The position numbers and the translations under genes were made by a program. A DNA stretch of 64,000 nt from Candidatus Bathyarchaeota archaeon (lineage in GTDB: Archaea; Thermoproteota; Bathyarchaeia; 40CM-2-53-6; DTDX01). Each line of letters starts with the position of its first letter. The first letter of the stretch is position 1. The notes beneath the pieces are model-generated. The model was not told where the DNA came from. It did not search any database and saw only the letters and a list, made by a program, of their open reading frames with translations. Below, one piece after another: positions 9,714-19,256 of the stretch. The DNA is taken from the NCBI GenBank assembly GCA_018396775.1, contig JAGTRF010000004.1, positions 16,214 through 80,213 of the forward strand, written 5' to 3'.

Positions 9714-10388
9714 TTGGGCGAAGAAACTTTAAAGATTGAAGAGGGAGAAATGCTGGAAGTTGAAGTTCAAAAAGATTTGCTTGAAGCTAATAAGAATCTG
9801 GCTGAAGCAAACAAGAAAATATTCGATAAATATGGAGTGAAAGTTATAGATGTTATGGGTTCTATAGGCTCTGGAAAAACCTCCTTAATTGAAGAAATAG
9901 TTAAGAAAATTAAAAACAAGTATAAAATCGCTATGATCGCTGGAGATGTTACTACGCGTATAGATGCGGATAGAGTTTCAAGGCATGGGATTCAAACTTT
10001 ACAAATAAACACTAGTAAAGAATGTCATTTAGACGCTTTAATGATTAAAAAATCTTTAGAAAAACTCGATTTAAAAAATTTAAATTTAATCTTTATAGAG
10101 AATGTAGGCAATCTTATTTGTCCAGCCGACTTCCCTTTAGGAGCTCATGAAAGGCTTGTTGTAGTAAGCGTTACAGAAGGCCCATATACTATTAAGAAGC
10201 ACCCATATATATTTATGGATGCTAATGTAATAACTATAAATAAGATTGATCTAGCGGAAGCTATGGGCGTTAATGTTGAAGAGTTAATTAAAGACGCGAA
10301 ATTAATTAACCATAAATGTGAAATAATAGCTACAAGCGTTAAAACAGGTGAAGGGATAGAAAAATTGATTAAAGCGCTTAAAATTTAA
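9714..10388 (+). CDS. hypB: hydrogenase nickel-incorporation GTPase HypB (no His-rich tail)
   Basis: GSIGSGKTSL P-loop; CPADF nickel-site motif; NKIDL; 224 aa. Confidence 0.8.
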   Translation: MGEETLKIEEGEMLEVEVQKDLLEANKNLAEANKKIFDKYGVKVIDVMGSIGSGKTSLIEEIVKKIKNKYKIAMIAGDVTTRIDADRVSRHGIQTLQINTSKECHLDALMIKKSLEKLDLKNLNLIFIENVGNLICPADFPLGAHERLVVVSVTEGPYTIKKHPYIFMDANVITINKIDLAEAMGVNVEELIKDAKLINHKCEIIATSVKTGEGIEKLIKALKI

Positions 10389-10403
10389 GGTTTTACATCC
10401 TAC

Positions 10404-10412
10404 CATTTTTTT
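10404..10412 (+). terminator. oligo-T tract inside an imperfect inverted repeat just after the hypB stop
   Basis: ggttttaca...cattttttta...tgttaaaacc; archaeal terminators are usually T-runs. Confidence 0.3.
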
Positions 10413-10462
10413 ATTTAAACTCGTGTTAAAACCTTTTCTCTTTTATTTATAAGTTAAAAATT

Positions 10463-11347
10463 ATGACTCAATCAATCTTTTGCGTTGGAAATTTAGCTAA
10501 GCAAGAGTTTATTGTTAATGGTGAACCAAAAAATTTTATTTCTGGTTCAGCAGCTTTCGCTGCTTTATCAGCAAAAACTACTAGCGAGGAAGTTTTATTG
10601 ATTTCTTCAATTGGAAGAGATTTTTCTCAAGCCTGGCTTAACTTAATAGTTGAAAAAGGAGTTAAGTTGAAGCTGAAAATAGTTGAAGATAAACCTTCCA
10701 TATTCTTTAAATATTTAAATGAAGAGTTGATTGGAAAAAACATTAGTTTCCACGTAAAAAATTTACCATTTTTACTGAAGGATGCCTTAAATGAAGCTCA
10801 ACCAAATTTGGTTTATATCGCGCCTAATAGCTTTAAAATTCAAAAAACTCTTTTAAAATATGCTAAATCAACAAAAGCTATGATCGCTTTAGGCGTTCAT
10901 GAATTTGATTTAAAAAATATGAAATCTCCTAAAAAGATTTTAAATTTAATAAATCATGTAAATCTTTTATTTTTAAACGATTCTGAAGCTAAATTGATAA
11001 CTGAAGCCTACTCTTTTTTCGAGGCGATAGAAGTTTTAAAGCTTTATTCTATTAATAAAGTTATAGCGGTTACTATGGGGAGAATGGGGGTTCTTCTCAT
11101 TTATAATGGTGAGACAATTCATGTTCCAGCTTTTGTGATAAATGAAGTTGACTCTATAGGAGCTGGAGACTCTTTTGCTGGAGCTTTCTCAGCTAAATAT
11201 TTAATTTGCAAAAATGTTATTGATGCATGTAAATATGGATGTTTAATAAGTAGTTTAATTGTAGGAGATTTTGGGTTAAATGCTTTACTTAATTTAACCA
11301 AAAATAAAGTTGAAAGGTTAATTAAGGAAAAAGAGTTTATTGTTTAG
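10463..11347 (+). CDS. PfkB-family carbohydrate/nucleoside kinase
   Basis: C-terminal GAGDSFAGAF motif and an N-terminal GG dipeptide region. Its 3' end overlaps the convergent hmgA stop by 4 nt. Confidence 0.7.
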   Translation: MTQSIFCVGNLAKQEFIVNGEPKNFISGSAAFAALSAKTTSEEVLLISSIGRDFSQAWLNLIVEKGVKLKLKIVEDKPSIFFKYLNEELIGKNISFHVKNLPFLLKDALNEAQPNLVYIAPNSFKIQKTLLKYAKSTKAMIALGVHEFDLKNMKSPKKILNLINHVNLLFLNDSEAKLITEAYSFFEAIEVLKLYSINKVIAVTMGRMGVLLIYNGETIHVPAFVINEVDSIGAGDSFAGAFSAKYLICKNVIDACKYGCLISSLIVGDFGLNALLNLTKNKVERLIKEKEFIV

Positions 11348-12633
11348 GCTCTCTCCTCTTCCAAGTACTCTTTAATTATTTCTATTGCTCGATCCACTCT
11401 AATCTTTTTTTCTTCAATCATTCTTCTAGCGACTTTATCAATTAATTCTCCAGCAGCTCCAGCCATAACAGCTATGTTTCTAGCGTGAAGCTTCATATGG
11501 CCTTTTTGAATTCCTTCTGTAGCTAAAGCTCTAAGCGCTGCTAAATTTTGCGCTAACCCAACAGCCGCAATAACTCCCCCTAACTCTGTAGCAGATTTAA
11601 CTCTTAATATTTTTCTAGCTATTTTAGCTATTGGATGAGTTGCTGTTGCGCCTCCAATTAATCCTACAGCAACAGGTAACTCTATAGAACCAACTAAATC
11701 GCCTTTCTCACTCTTCTCCCAGCGGGATAAAGGTTTATATTTACCATTTAATGCTGCATAAGCGTGAGCTCCCGCTTCAACAGCTCTAGTATCGTTTCCA
11801 GTAGCTAAAACCACAGCTGTTACACCATTCATTATACCTTTATTATGGGTTGCACATCTATATGGGTCAGCTGCAGCAAACTCATAAGCTTCTATTACCC
11901 CATCAACAACTTCTTCTCCGCCTAAAACATCTTTAAATACGGTTGCTTTAGCGCGCATCAACCTTTTAGTAGCTAAGTTGGAAACTATTCTTAAAAGAGC
12001 TTTGCCGCTGGTAAGCTCCTCAAGAAGAGGTGCAACAGCTTCACACATTGTGTTTACAACATTAGCGCCCATCGCATCTTTGCAATCAATAATAATTTCA
12101 GTTATTAACATTTTTCCAATAGATGTTTCTAAAACTTTCGCTTTAACATCTACAGCTCCTCCACCATGAGCTATAAGAACAGGATCCTGTTCATTAGCTT
12201 TTTTAATTATCTCTTCTTTAGAAGCTAATATATTTAACCTAGCTGCGTAAGGAACTGGAACATTAATTAATTGAATTTGACCAATCATTAATGGGCCTGT
12301 GCTGCTTGTAAAGAAGCCTCCACTTTCTCTCACGATCTTCGCAGCATTGCTTGCAGCTGCGACAACCGAAGGCTCTTCTATAGCCATAGGAATTAAATAA
12401 TCTTTATTGTTTATTAGGAAATTTGTAGCTATTCCAAGTGGAATAGGCATAACTCCAATAACGTTCTCTATCATCCGGTTTGCTTGCTCTAAACTTAAAG
12501 CATTTGCAGATTGAAGAAGCTTAACTTCTTCATCTGTTAATTCAGCAAAATCTTTTATTATACTTAATCTTTCATTTATAGAAAGATTATAAAAATTTGG
12601 AATTCTAGAAGTTTTTTCCATAAGTATTTTCAC
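11344..12633 (-). CDS. hmgA: HMG-CoA reductase (class I, archaeal)
   Basis: ...EEPSVVAAASNAAK...DAMGANVVNTMCE...ATGNDTRAVEAGAHAYA... are HMGR catalytic motifs; 429 aa. Confidence 0.9.
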   Translation of the reverse strand: MKILMEKTSRIPNFYNLSINERLSIIKDFAELTDEEVKLLQSANALSLEQANRMIENVIGVMPIPLGIATNFLINNKDYLIPMAIEEPSVVAAASNAAKIVRESGGFFTSSTGPLMIGQIQLINVPVPYAARLNILASKEEIIKKANEQDPVLIAHGGGAVDVKAKVLETSIGKMLITEIIIDCKDAMGANVVNTMCEAVAPLLEELTSGKALLRIVSNLATKRLMRAKATVFKDVLGGEEVVDGVIEAYEFAAADPYRCATHNKGIMNGVTAVVLATGNDTRAVEAGAHAYAALNGKYKPLSRWEKSEKGDLVGSIELPVAVGLIGGATATHPIAKIARKILRVKSATELGGVIAAVGLAQNLAALRALATEGIQKGHMKLHARNIAVMAGAAGELIDKVARRMIEEKKIRVDRAIEIIKEYLEEERA

Positions 12634-13733
12634 CTAAACCGTTTTTTCGCAGTATAGTTATTAAACTTTATGCCTCTTTTAGAAAGCCAATTTAAACTTT
12701 CTCCAGAAATAACAATTGGAGTCTTCTTTAACTCTGCTAAATTTCTTGAACCTGTTAAAAACATTGCTGTTTTTAATTCTTCAATAATTACTTCTAGAAA
12801 CTTTATTGTTTGCTTTGCTCCTTTAACAGCGTTTTTTAATAAAGGAAGCGCTAAACCTGCAGCTTCAGCTCCTAAAGCTATGGATTTAGCTACATCAACT
12901 CCTGTTCTAACACCTCCAGAAGCTATTGCTTTAAGCTTTGTGTTTGATTTAACTTCAATCAAGCTTACAACTGTTGGGATTCCCCAATCCCAGAAAGTTT
13001 TTCCTAAAAATTCAAGAGTTTTATTTAAGCTTTCTTTCGCTCTATAATATTCAACACCAGCCCAACTTGTTCCGCCTAAACCAGCTACATCCACAAACTT
13101 AACTCCTATACTTTCTAATTTTTTAGCAACCTCCATAGATATTCCTGCTCCAGTTTCCTTAACGATTACTGGAACATTTAATTTTTTAACTATTTGAGCT
13201 ATTCCGTTAAGAATGCCTTTAAATCTTGTTTCGCCTTCAGGTTGAATCGACTCTTGAAGAGGATTTAAATGGATCGTTAAAGCATTTGCATCGATCATTT
13301 CAACAGCTTCTTTAGCGTTTTGAATGCCTTCTTCACCTAAAATTTGCGAGCACCCAACATTTGCTAAAACAAGAGTTGATGGAGCTTTCTCTCTAACAAT
13401 AGTATAAGTTTTCTTTAATGATGAGTCTTTTAATGCGGCTCTTTGACTTCCTACGCCGATACCTATTTTAAGTTTTTCTGCAGCCTCAGCTAATGAAGCG
13501 TTTATTTTTATTGTTTTAGAAGCACCCCCAGTCATCGGCTCAATTATTAAAGGCGCATTTAATAAGCATCCAAACAAGCTTATTGATAAATCGATCTCTT
13601 CCTTATTTACTTCTGGTAAAGCATTATGAATTAAAGTCACATCATTAAATCCTGAAGATTTGCGAGATTCAACTTTCTTTGTAAGGGCAATTATTAAGTG
13701 ATCTAATTTTCTTGCTTTAATTTTTTCAGCCAT
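12630..13733 (-). CDS. fni: isopentenyl-diphosphate delta-isomerase type 2 (FMN-dependent)
   Basis: RKLDHL...GFNDVTLIHNALPE...PLIIEPMTGGA...ASGGVRTGVD is typical IDI-2; overlaps hmgA by 4 nt. Confidence 0.85.
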   Translation of the reverse strand: MAEKIKARKLDHLIIALTKKVESRKSSGFNDVTLIHNALPEVNKEEIDLSISLFGCLLNAPLIIEPMTGGASKTIKINASLAEAAEKLKIGIGVGSQRAALKDSSLKKTYTIVREKAPSTLVLANVGCSQILGEEGIQNAKEAVEMIDANALTIHLNPLQESIQPEGETRFKGILNGIAQIVKKLNVPVIVKETGAGISMEVAKKLESIGVKFVDVAGLGGTSWAGVEYYRAKESLNKTLEFLGKTFWDWGIPTVVSLIEVKSNTKLKAIASGGVRTGVDVAKSIALGAEAAGLALPLLKNAVKGAKQTIKFLEVIIEELKTAMFLTGSRNLAELKKTPIVISGESLNWLSKRGIKFNNYTAKKRFR

Positions 13734-13747
13734 CTTAAACCCTTAAG

Positions 13748-14704
13748 TTAATCGATTTTTCCACTTTGAACACCGTAAAAATCAATTTTTATAGAGTAAA
13801 CTTCTTTAGAGACTTCTTGAAGCTTTTTATGAACTTTCTCTTTATTCTCATCTGTTATTAAAGCAATTATGGAGCCGCCGCCTCCAGCACCAGTGATTTT
13901 AGCGCCTAGAGCACCATTCTCAATTGCAACTTTAATTATTTTATCTAAAATATGGTTTGAAACTTTAATTTCTTTCAGCAACTTTTGGTTTTGACTCATT
14001 AATTTTCCAAGCATCTCTAAATCTTTATTTTTTAAAGCATCAATAGCAGATGCGATTACTTCTTTAAATTCGCTTAAAATAACATTTTTTCTTTTTTCAT
14101 TCTTATCCATATACTCTTTTACTTTAATTATTTGTTCTTTAGTTGCTTTAGGAATTCCGCTATAAGCTATTAACGCTTGAATTTCCAATGAAGTATTAAG
14201 CTTTTTAAATCCAGAGTTGTATTCATAATAAATTATTCCACCAAGTGTTGAAGTTGCATGATCGATTCCTGAGGGTTTTCCATGAATAAATTTTTCAGGT
14301 GAAAAAGCTAATTCTATAATTTTATCTTTTGTAAGATTTAAATTAAATAGTTCAGCTGTTGAAGCTATAGTTGATACAGCTGTTGCGGCTGAAGAACCTA
14401 GACCAGCAGCTGGAGGAATCTGAGAATCTATCGTTAAAGTTAACCCTGAACTTTGAGGTTTTATATTTAAAACTTCATTTACAGCTAGTTTTATTAATTT
14501 AAAAGCTTTATCGCCTAAATCTTTAGGAAGATTTTTTTCAACATTTATGTTTTTTGAGTAGATATGAATTTTTCCATTCTCTCTTTTTTCAGCTAAAGCT
14601 TTAGAATAAAGGTTTATAGCTATAGATAAAGCTGGACAACCATAAAGAATGAAATGCTCGCCAAATAATATAGCCTTTCCCGGTGCAAAAGCAAAGCTTT
14701 TCAT
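13748..14704 (-). CDS. mvk: mevalonate kinase (GHMP kinase family)
   Basis: APGKAILFGEHFILYG and the GHMP motif PPAAGLGSSAATAVS; 318 aa; sits in the mevalonate gene block. Confidence 0.75.
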   Translation of the reverse strand: MKSFAFAPGKAILFGEHFILYGCPALSIAINLYSKALAEKRENGKIHIYSKNINVEKNLPKDLGDKAFKLIKLAVNEVLNIKPQSSGLTLTIDSQIPPAAGLGSSAATAVSTIASTAELFNLNLTKDKIIELAFSPEKFIHGKPSGIDHATSTLGGIIYYEYNSGFKKLNTSLEIQALIAYSGIPKATKEQIIKVKEYMDKNEKRKNVILSEFKEVIASAIDALKNKDLEMLGKLMSQNQKLLKEIKVSNHILDKIIKVAIENGALGAKITGAGGGGSIIALITDENKEKVHKKLQEVSKEVYSIKIDFYGVQSGKID

Positions 14705-15558
14705 TGTTTCTCTCTAGTTACAGCTATTGCAGCGTATCCAACAACAGCGGTATAATCTTGAGTTATATCACCGCTTGTCCCGTAAGCTAAAAGCTTAGCT
14801 TTATTTGCCTCTAACATTTTAGAAGCTTTTAAAGCTGAAGCTACTGGCCCATGACCGCACATGGATATATTATGAGAGTAAACTGTTGACTCTAACTTAA
14901 CTTCATCTAAGTTTAATATAGCTTCTATTGCAAGCTTGTCTTTTCTTTTAGCTGATTCAGCGTTTTCATAATGAGTCATATCTGAAGAAGCTATTATAAT
15001 AATATTTTCTCCTCTACCAGCTTCAGCAATAGCTTTTCCAACTTCAATGCTTGTCTCTAAATCTTGCATCATCATGCATATTGGAACAATATTTAATTTA
15101 TTTTCATATAAATATTGAATAAAAGGTAGTTGAACTTCTATTGAATGCTCATAAATATGAGCTGAATCATCTAAATCTATTAAGTTAGATTTTTTATGAA
15201 TTTCTTTAGCTAATTCAGAGTTTACTTGAATCTTTCCTAAAGGTGTTTCCCAAAATCCTTCAGCCATTATTGAAACACCACTTCCCAATCCAGTATGGTT
15301 TGGACCAATAATAACAGCAGTTTCAGGAATACCATCTAAAGCCATAGTATAATAAGAGTGGGCTGCTATAGGTCCTGAATACATGTATCCAGCGTGAGGA
15401 CATATTAAAGCTGTTAATCTTCTTTCACCAGCTTGATTAACTTTAGGTATTTTCCCTGGACCAAGCTTATGGAAAAAACAATCTTCTATTTCTTTAATTA
15501 AAGCCGTTTTATTTCCAGCATAAAAAGCTCCAGCTTGGCATGGTTTTCTAATCTTCAT
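14701..15558 (-). CDS. MEMO1-family (Memo-like, AmmeMemoRadiSam system protein B type) protein
   Basis: QAGAFYAG and ICPHAGYMYSGPIAAHSY motifs. Overlaps rps2 upstream and mvk downstream by 4 nt each. Confidence 0.7.
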   Translation of the reverse strand: MKIRKPCQAGAFYAGNKTALIKEIEDCFFHKLGPGKIPKVNQAGERRLTALICPHAGYMYSGPIAAHSYYTMALDGIPETAVIIGPNHTGLGSGVSIMAEGFWETPLGKIQVNSELAKEIHKKSNLIDLDDSAHIYEHSIEVQLPFIQYLYENKLNIVPICMMMQDLETSIEVGKAIAEAGRGENIIIIASSDMTHYENAESAKRKDKLAIEAILNLDEVKLESTVYSHNISMCGHGPVASALKASKMLEANKAKLLAYGTSGDITQDYTAVVGYAAIAVTREKQ

Positions 15559-16217
15559 TCTTCTTCTCCAGCTTTTTGAGTTATTGAAATAAGCTTTGTT
15601 TCAAAATCATCCACTGTATAAGAAATGTTTCCATCAATAGGTATTTCACCGCGTTCTCTTAAAACTTGTCTAGCTAAAAGCCAGTAAACCATGGCTAAAG
15701 CTCTTCTTCCCTTATTGTTTGTTGGAATAACTAAATCCACATTTTTAAATGAGTTATCGCTATCGCATAAAGCTATTACAGGTATTCCAGCGGATGAAGC
15801 TTCTTGAACAGCTTGCCAATCTGCTCTTGGATCAGTTACTATAACAAGTTGAGGATCAAAATGCTTTGGGTGAAGCGGATTAGAAATAAAACCAGGTAAA
15901 AAGCGTCCAACTACGGGCACAGTTCTAGTTGCCTCACAAAACTTTTCTACAGGGGCTCTCCCATAAAGCCTAGATGAAACAACTAAAATTCTAGATGGGT
16001 CAAATCTAGAAATAAATTTAGCAGCCAACCTTATTTTTTTATCGGTTTCTCCAATATTAAGAATATATAATCCATCTGATCTAATTCGATAAATATACCT
16101 TTCCATATCTTCAGTTTTAACTCTTGTACCTATATGCAATCCTGCAGCTAACAATTCTTCAAGAGGAAGAAGAAGATTCTCATTCTCTTTTGTTTCTTTT
16201 CCCCCCATTTTAAACAC
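15555..16217 (-). CDS. rps2: ribosomal protein S2
   Basis: LLAAGLHIGTRVKTEDMERYIY...GLYILNIGETDKKIRLAAKFI is archaeal S2. Confidence 0.9.
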   Translation of the reverse strand: MFKMGGKETKENENLLLPLEELLAAGLHIGTRVKTEDMERYIYRIRSDGLYILNIGETDKKIRLAAKFISRFDPSRILVVSSRLYGRAPVEKFCEATRTVPVVGRFLPGFISNPLHPKHFDPQLVIVTDPRADWQAVQEASSAGIPVIALCDSDNSFKNVDLVIPTNNKGRRALAMVYWLLARQVLRERGEIPIDGNISYTVDDFETKLISITQKAGEEE

Positions 16218-16241
16218 CTTTTAATTTTCACTATTGAAATC

Positions 16242-16454
16242 TCATTTTTTCTCGAAAGATTTTTTTTGAAAGTAACCTAATAATTCATCTATAGCTTCCA
16301 CGTGAGAGATCAACATTCTTCTGCAACAATATTTTACGATTCCTAACTCATCTAAAACTTTTCCTGGATTTTCCCCTTCTTTAACCCTTTTAGAAAATTC
16401 TTCCCATTTATCTCCAATTAATTTTCCACATGTAAAACATCTAATTGGAATCAT
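16242..16454 (-). CDS. rpoN: DNA-directed RNA polymerase subunit N (Rpb10 homologue). The ORF-track entry 16242..16571 is over-extended through TTG/GTG starts
   Basis: [20 protein letters not shown]...[10 protein letters not shown] zinc-binding motif. A start at the internal ATG gives ~70 aa and removes the overlap with rps9. Confidence 0.8.
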   Translation of the reverse strand: MIPIRCFTCGKLIGDKWEEFSKRVKEGENPGKVLDELGIVKYCCRRMLISHVEAIDELLGYFQKKSFEKK

Positions 16455-16473
16455 CAATTTTAAATAACCCCCT

Positions 16474-16884
16474 TCACCTATAAGATTTCTGTCTTCTTCT
16501 TCTAGCTCCTGGGCCGCCAAACTTTTTCGGTTCAGTTTTTCTAGAGTCACCTGCAACCATGCTTCGATCATATATTATAAGCTTTTTTCTCAATTCACTG
16601 CTTTTCACAAAGTTAATTAAGCCTTTAGCTATAGCCATTCTAGCCGCATCAGCTTTACTCATTACGCCTCCACCAATAACATTCACATTTATATCAACTT
16701 CTTTAGCTTTATCTCCAGCAATTATTAATGGCTCCATAATCTTCATTTGAGCCATTTCCGGAGTTAAAACTTCTAATGGAATAGAATTTATAGTTACTTT
16801 TCCAGAGCCTAAGGTTAACACCGCTTTAGCTATAGCTGTTTTTCTTTTTCCAACAGCTACTAAAACTCTTCTTCTTTCAGGCAT
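16474..16884 (-). CDS. rps9: ribosomal protein S9
   Basis: Ends ...[14 protein letters not shown], the typical S9 C-terminus. Confidence 0.9.
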   Translation of the reverse strand: MPERRRVLVAVGKRKTAIAKAVLTLGSGKVTINSIPLEVLTPEMAQMKIMEPLIIAGDKAKEVDINVNVIGGGVMSKADAARMAIAKGLINFVKSSELRKKLIIYDRSMVAGDSRKTEPKKFGGPGARRRRQKSYR

Positions 16885-16887
16885 TAT

Positions 16888-17319
16888 TTACTTTAATCCT
16901 CCCACTTCTTTACTTAATTCTTCAACTTTAATTTTTTTGCATTTTAATTTAGATGAATCTACTTCAGGAATTTTAATTAATTTACCAGTGAAATCTTCTG
17001 GAATTCCAATATAAACTTTAACTTTTTTATAAGCGTTCTTCCCTTTTGGCTTCTTCCAAGGAAGCATTCCTCTAATCACTCTTCTAACATATAAATCTGG
17101 TCTTCTAGGATGCTTAGGAGATTTTTCAACAGACGCTAAAGTTCTAGTTTCAAGCTTTCGTTTAACTTCATTTACTATAGCCTTCTTTTTTCCTGAAATC
17201 ACAGCTTTTTCAGCATTAAAAATTATAACTTCCTTCCCCTCAAGAGCTAACTTAGCTGCTTTACTAGCTAACCTACCTAATATAGCGTCTTCAGCGTCAA
17301 TAAACACTTTGCCTTCCAA
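16888..17319 (-). CDS. rpl13: ribosomal protein L13
   Basis: IDAEDAILGRLASKAAK...ISG and C-terminal YIGIPE. Confidence 0.85.
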   Translation of the reverse strand: MEGKVFIDAEDAILGRLASKAAKLALEGKEVIIFNAEKAVISGKKKAIVNEVKRKLETRTLASVEKSPKHPRRPDLYVRRVIRGMLPWKKPKGKNAYKKVKVYIGIPEDFTGKLIKIPEVDSSKLKCKKIKVEELSKEVGGLK

Positions 17320-17326
17320 TTCGCTT

Positions 17327-17674
17327 TCACCCTAATATTTTAATTTTTGAACCTTCAGGCTGTTCTTCAGCAAGATTCTCTATAAAAACGCATCTTCCCC
17401 CAGCTTTCTCTATTTTTCTTTTAGCAGCTTCAGAAAACTTGAAGGCTCCAACAGTAATTTTATGGTTTATTAATCCTGAACCTAAAACTTTTCCTGGAAC
17501 AACAATTACATCTCCATCTTTACTCCATCTATTAATTCGACTAATGTTAACAGAAACCCTCTTTCGTCTAGGTTTGCTTAAAAGCTCAGCTACAGCACTC
17601 CATATTGGAGCATTATTTTCTTTAGCTTTCTTTTTAAGCAATACGATAGCATGTTTTAAAACTATGTTATTCAT
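17327..17674 (-). CDS. rpl18e: ribosomal protein L18e
   Basis: 115 aa basic protein; IWSAVAELLSKPRRKRVSVNISRIN matches L18e. Confidence 0.85.
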   Translation of the reverse strand: MNNIVLKHAIVLLKKKAKENNAPIWSAVAELLSKPRRKRVSVNISRINRWSKDGDVIVVPGKVLGSGLINHKITVGAFKFSEAAKRKIEKAGGRCVFIENLAEEQPEGSKIKILG

Positions 17675-17693
17675 TTTAAGCTTTTCCCTCTAT

Positions 17694-18503
17694 TTAGGAA
17701 ATAATTTTTAAAAATTCATCTGTTTTTTCATCAATTATTTTAATCGCTTCCTTTATTATTCTTTTTGGTGGTAAAGCTCCTGTAGATTCTAAATGGAAAA
17801 TAAATTTATTTTTTATCCAAGTTACTTTTATTGGTGAAGTCTTTTTTGGGCAATGGTTAACGCAATCAAGGCATAAAGTGCAATTTAACTCGTTTTCTAC
17901 AGTTAGCTTTCCATTACTCAATTTAAAAATGTTTCTTGGACAGAATTTAACGCATTCACCGCAGCCATCGCATTTTTTTTCATCAATAGTAATGCTTGGA
18001 TAATATTTATGGATGCAAAGGGAAACGGGTTGCCATTTAGCGTGTTCAACGCCTTTTCCAAGCTTAGCGTAAGCTTCAAGTTTTACTTTCTGTCTTGGAG
18101 CAAGCTTTAAAATTGGGATGTCTCCAGTTATAGGCTTTACATTAGGATCTTGAGGTTGCAAATCTTTAGAGTAAACAGTAATCGGCTCATCTTTAGCTTC
18201 AATATTTAACGTTAAGATCGTGCTGCATTTATTACAGCCTAACTCGCTTTTGCAAGAGCATTTTTCAGGTAAAATATAGCTGTCAAGATCTGTTGTAAGA
18301 GGAATAAGCCCTAATCTGTGAGCTAACACTTCATCATACATTAATGAAGAGTTTTCAAGAATCATAACATTTTCTATAGCCATCGTTGGGACTTCAGCTA
18401 TAATTACTCTTCTAAGAGCGTTAATAAAAGCGGTGGAAACCCCCTCAATTAAAATCTTTATTGAATCCTTATTTTCATGAAGAATTTTAACTTTCATCTT
18501 CAA
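17694..18503 (-). CDS. rpoD: DNA-directed RNA polymerase subunit D (Rpb3 homologue) with 4Fe-4S domain
   Basis: AFINALRRVIIAEVPTMAIE; ferredoxin-like CDGCGECVKFCP...CTLCLDCVNHCP. Confidence 0.85.
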   Translation of the reverse strand: MKMKVKILHENKDSIKILIEGVSTAFINALRRVIIAEVPTMAIENVMILENSSLMYDEVLAHRLGLIPLTTDLDSYILPEKCSCKSELGCNKCSTILTLNIEAKDEPITVYSKDLQPQDPNVKPITGDIPILKLAPRQKVKLEAYAKLGKGVEHAKWQPVSLCIHKYYPSITIDEKKCDGCGECVKFCPRNIFKLSNGKLTVENELNCTLCLDCVNHCPKKTSPIKVTWIKNKFIFHLESTGALPPKRIIKEAIKIIDEKTDEFLKIIS

Positions 18504-18595
18504 TTACCGTTAAATATTAACTTTTTGCAAACTGTATTCTGAAGCATTATAAAACTTAAATAAAAATTTATCTAAAACTTTAAATTGAATTAAAA

Positions 18596-18844
18596 TTGAT
18601 GAATGCTAAAATTTTTGAGTTAAGCATTATTTTAATATTTACTGGGTTAAGCATTATTTTAATAGGGTTAATTCTAGCTGCTACAAGATTTAAAGCAAAG
18701 ATTAATGGAGGAGGTATAATTTTTATAGGTCCTATACCCTTAATTTTCGGTTTAAACAAAGGGTTAAAAGGAGTATTGATTTTAATATTATTCATGTTAT
18801 TTCTACTGGTTTTATCGGTTCAGCTGCTTTTAACTTGGAGTTGA
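18596..18844 (+). CDS. small two-TM membrane protein (DUF131-like); paralogue of the C-terminal half of the next gene
   Basis: Entirely hydrophobic; shares GGGIIFIGPIPLIFGLNKG with NGGIMLFFGPIPFMLNFRDG in 18835..19248. Confidence 0.5.
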   Translation: MMNAKIFELSIILIFTGLSIILIGLILAATRFKAKINGGGIIFIGPIPLIFGLNKGLKGVLILILFMLFLLVLSVQLLLTWS

Positions 18845-19248
18845 AGCTTTTGAATGGGAAAACTTGTGAAGTTTGCTTAAGAAATCAAGCCAAATATGTT
18901 TGTGGGAAATGTGGTAGAAATGCATGCGAGTTTTGCTTTAACTCTCACTCTTGGCTTTGCTTAAAATGTGAAGAGCAAATGCAGCCTATAGCGAAAGTTG
19001 CAAGCTTTGATACATCTAAACTCATATTTTTAGGTTTTATATTGATTTTTATAGGTATGTTTATAATGTTCATAGCATTCTTATTAACAGGTGTAAGCAA
19101 TGGGGGAATAATGTTATTTTTTGGGCCAATACCATTCATGTTAAATTTTAGGGATGGAAACATTAAACATTTAATTTTAGTTTTTATAGCTTTTACTACT
19201 GTAATTCTTCTTTTTTTAACAATTCTCTTCTCTAAAAGAAAATATTGA
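18835..19248 (+). CDS. zinc-ribbon plus two-TM membrane protein
   Basis: N-terminal 8-Cys double zinc ribbon (CEVCLRNQAKYVCGKCGRNACEFCFNSHSWLCLKCEE), then a membrane domain homologous to 18596..18844. TTG start. Confidence 0.5.
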   Translation: MELKLLNGKTCEVCLRNQAKYVCGKCGRNACEFCFNSHSWLCLKCEEQMQPIAKVASFDTSKLIFLGFILIFIGMFIMFIAFLLTGVSNGGIMLFFGPIPFMLNFRDGNIKHLILVFIAFTTVILLFLTILFSKRKY

Positions 19249-19256
19249 TAATATTT

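Noticed and set aside
16242-16571. 109 aa ORF-track entry for rpoN overlapping rps9
   Set aside because: The extension upstream of [11 protein letters not shown] has no homology and arises from permissive alternative start codons. The real RpoN starts at the internal ATG (16454), which removes the overlap.
18580-19163. Minus-strand ORFs 18580..18795 and 18945..19163 as possible remnants of rps11
   Set aside because: Their translations are low-complexity (poly-Ile/Asn/Pro) with none of the S11 signature. They are antisense to the better-supported membrane-protein ORFs.
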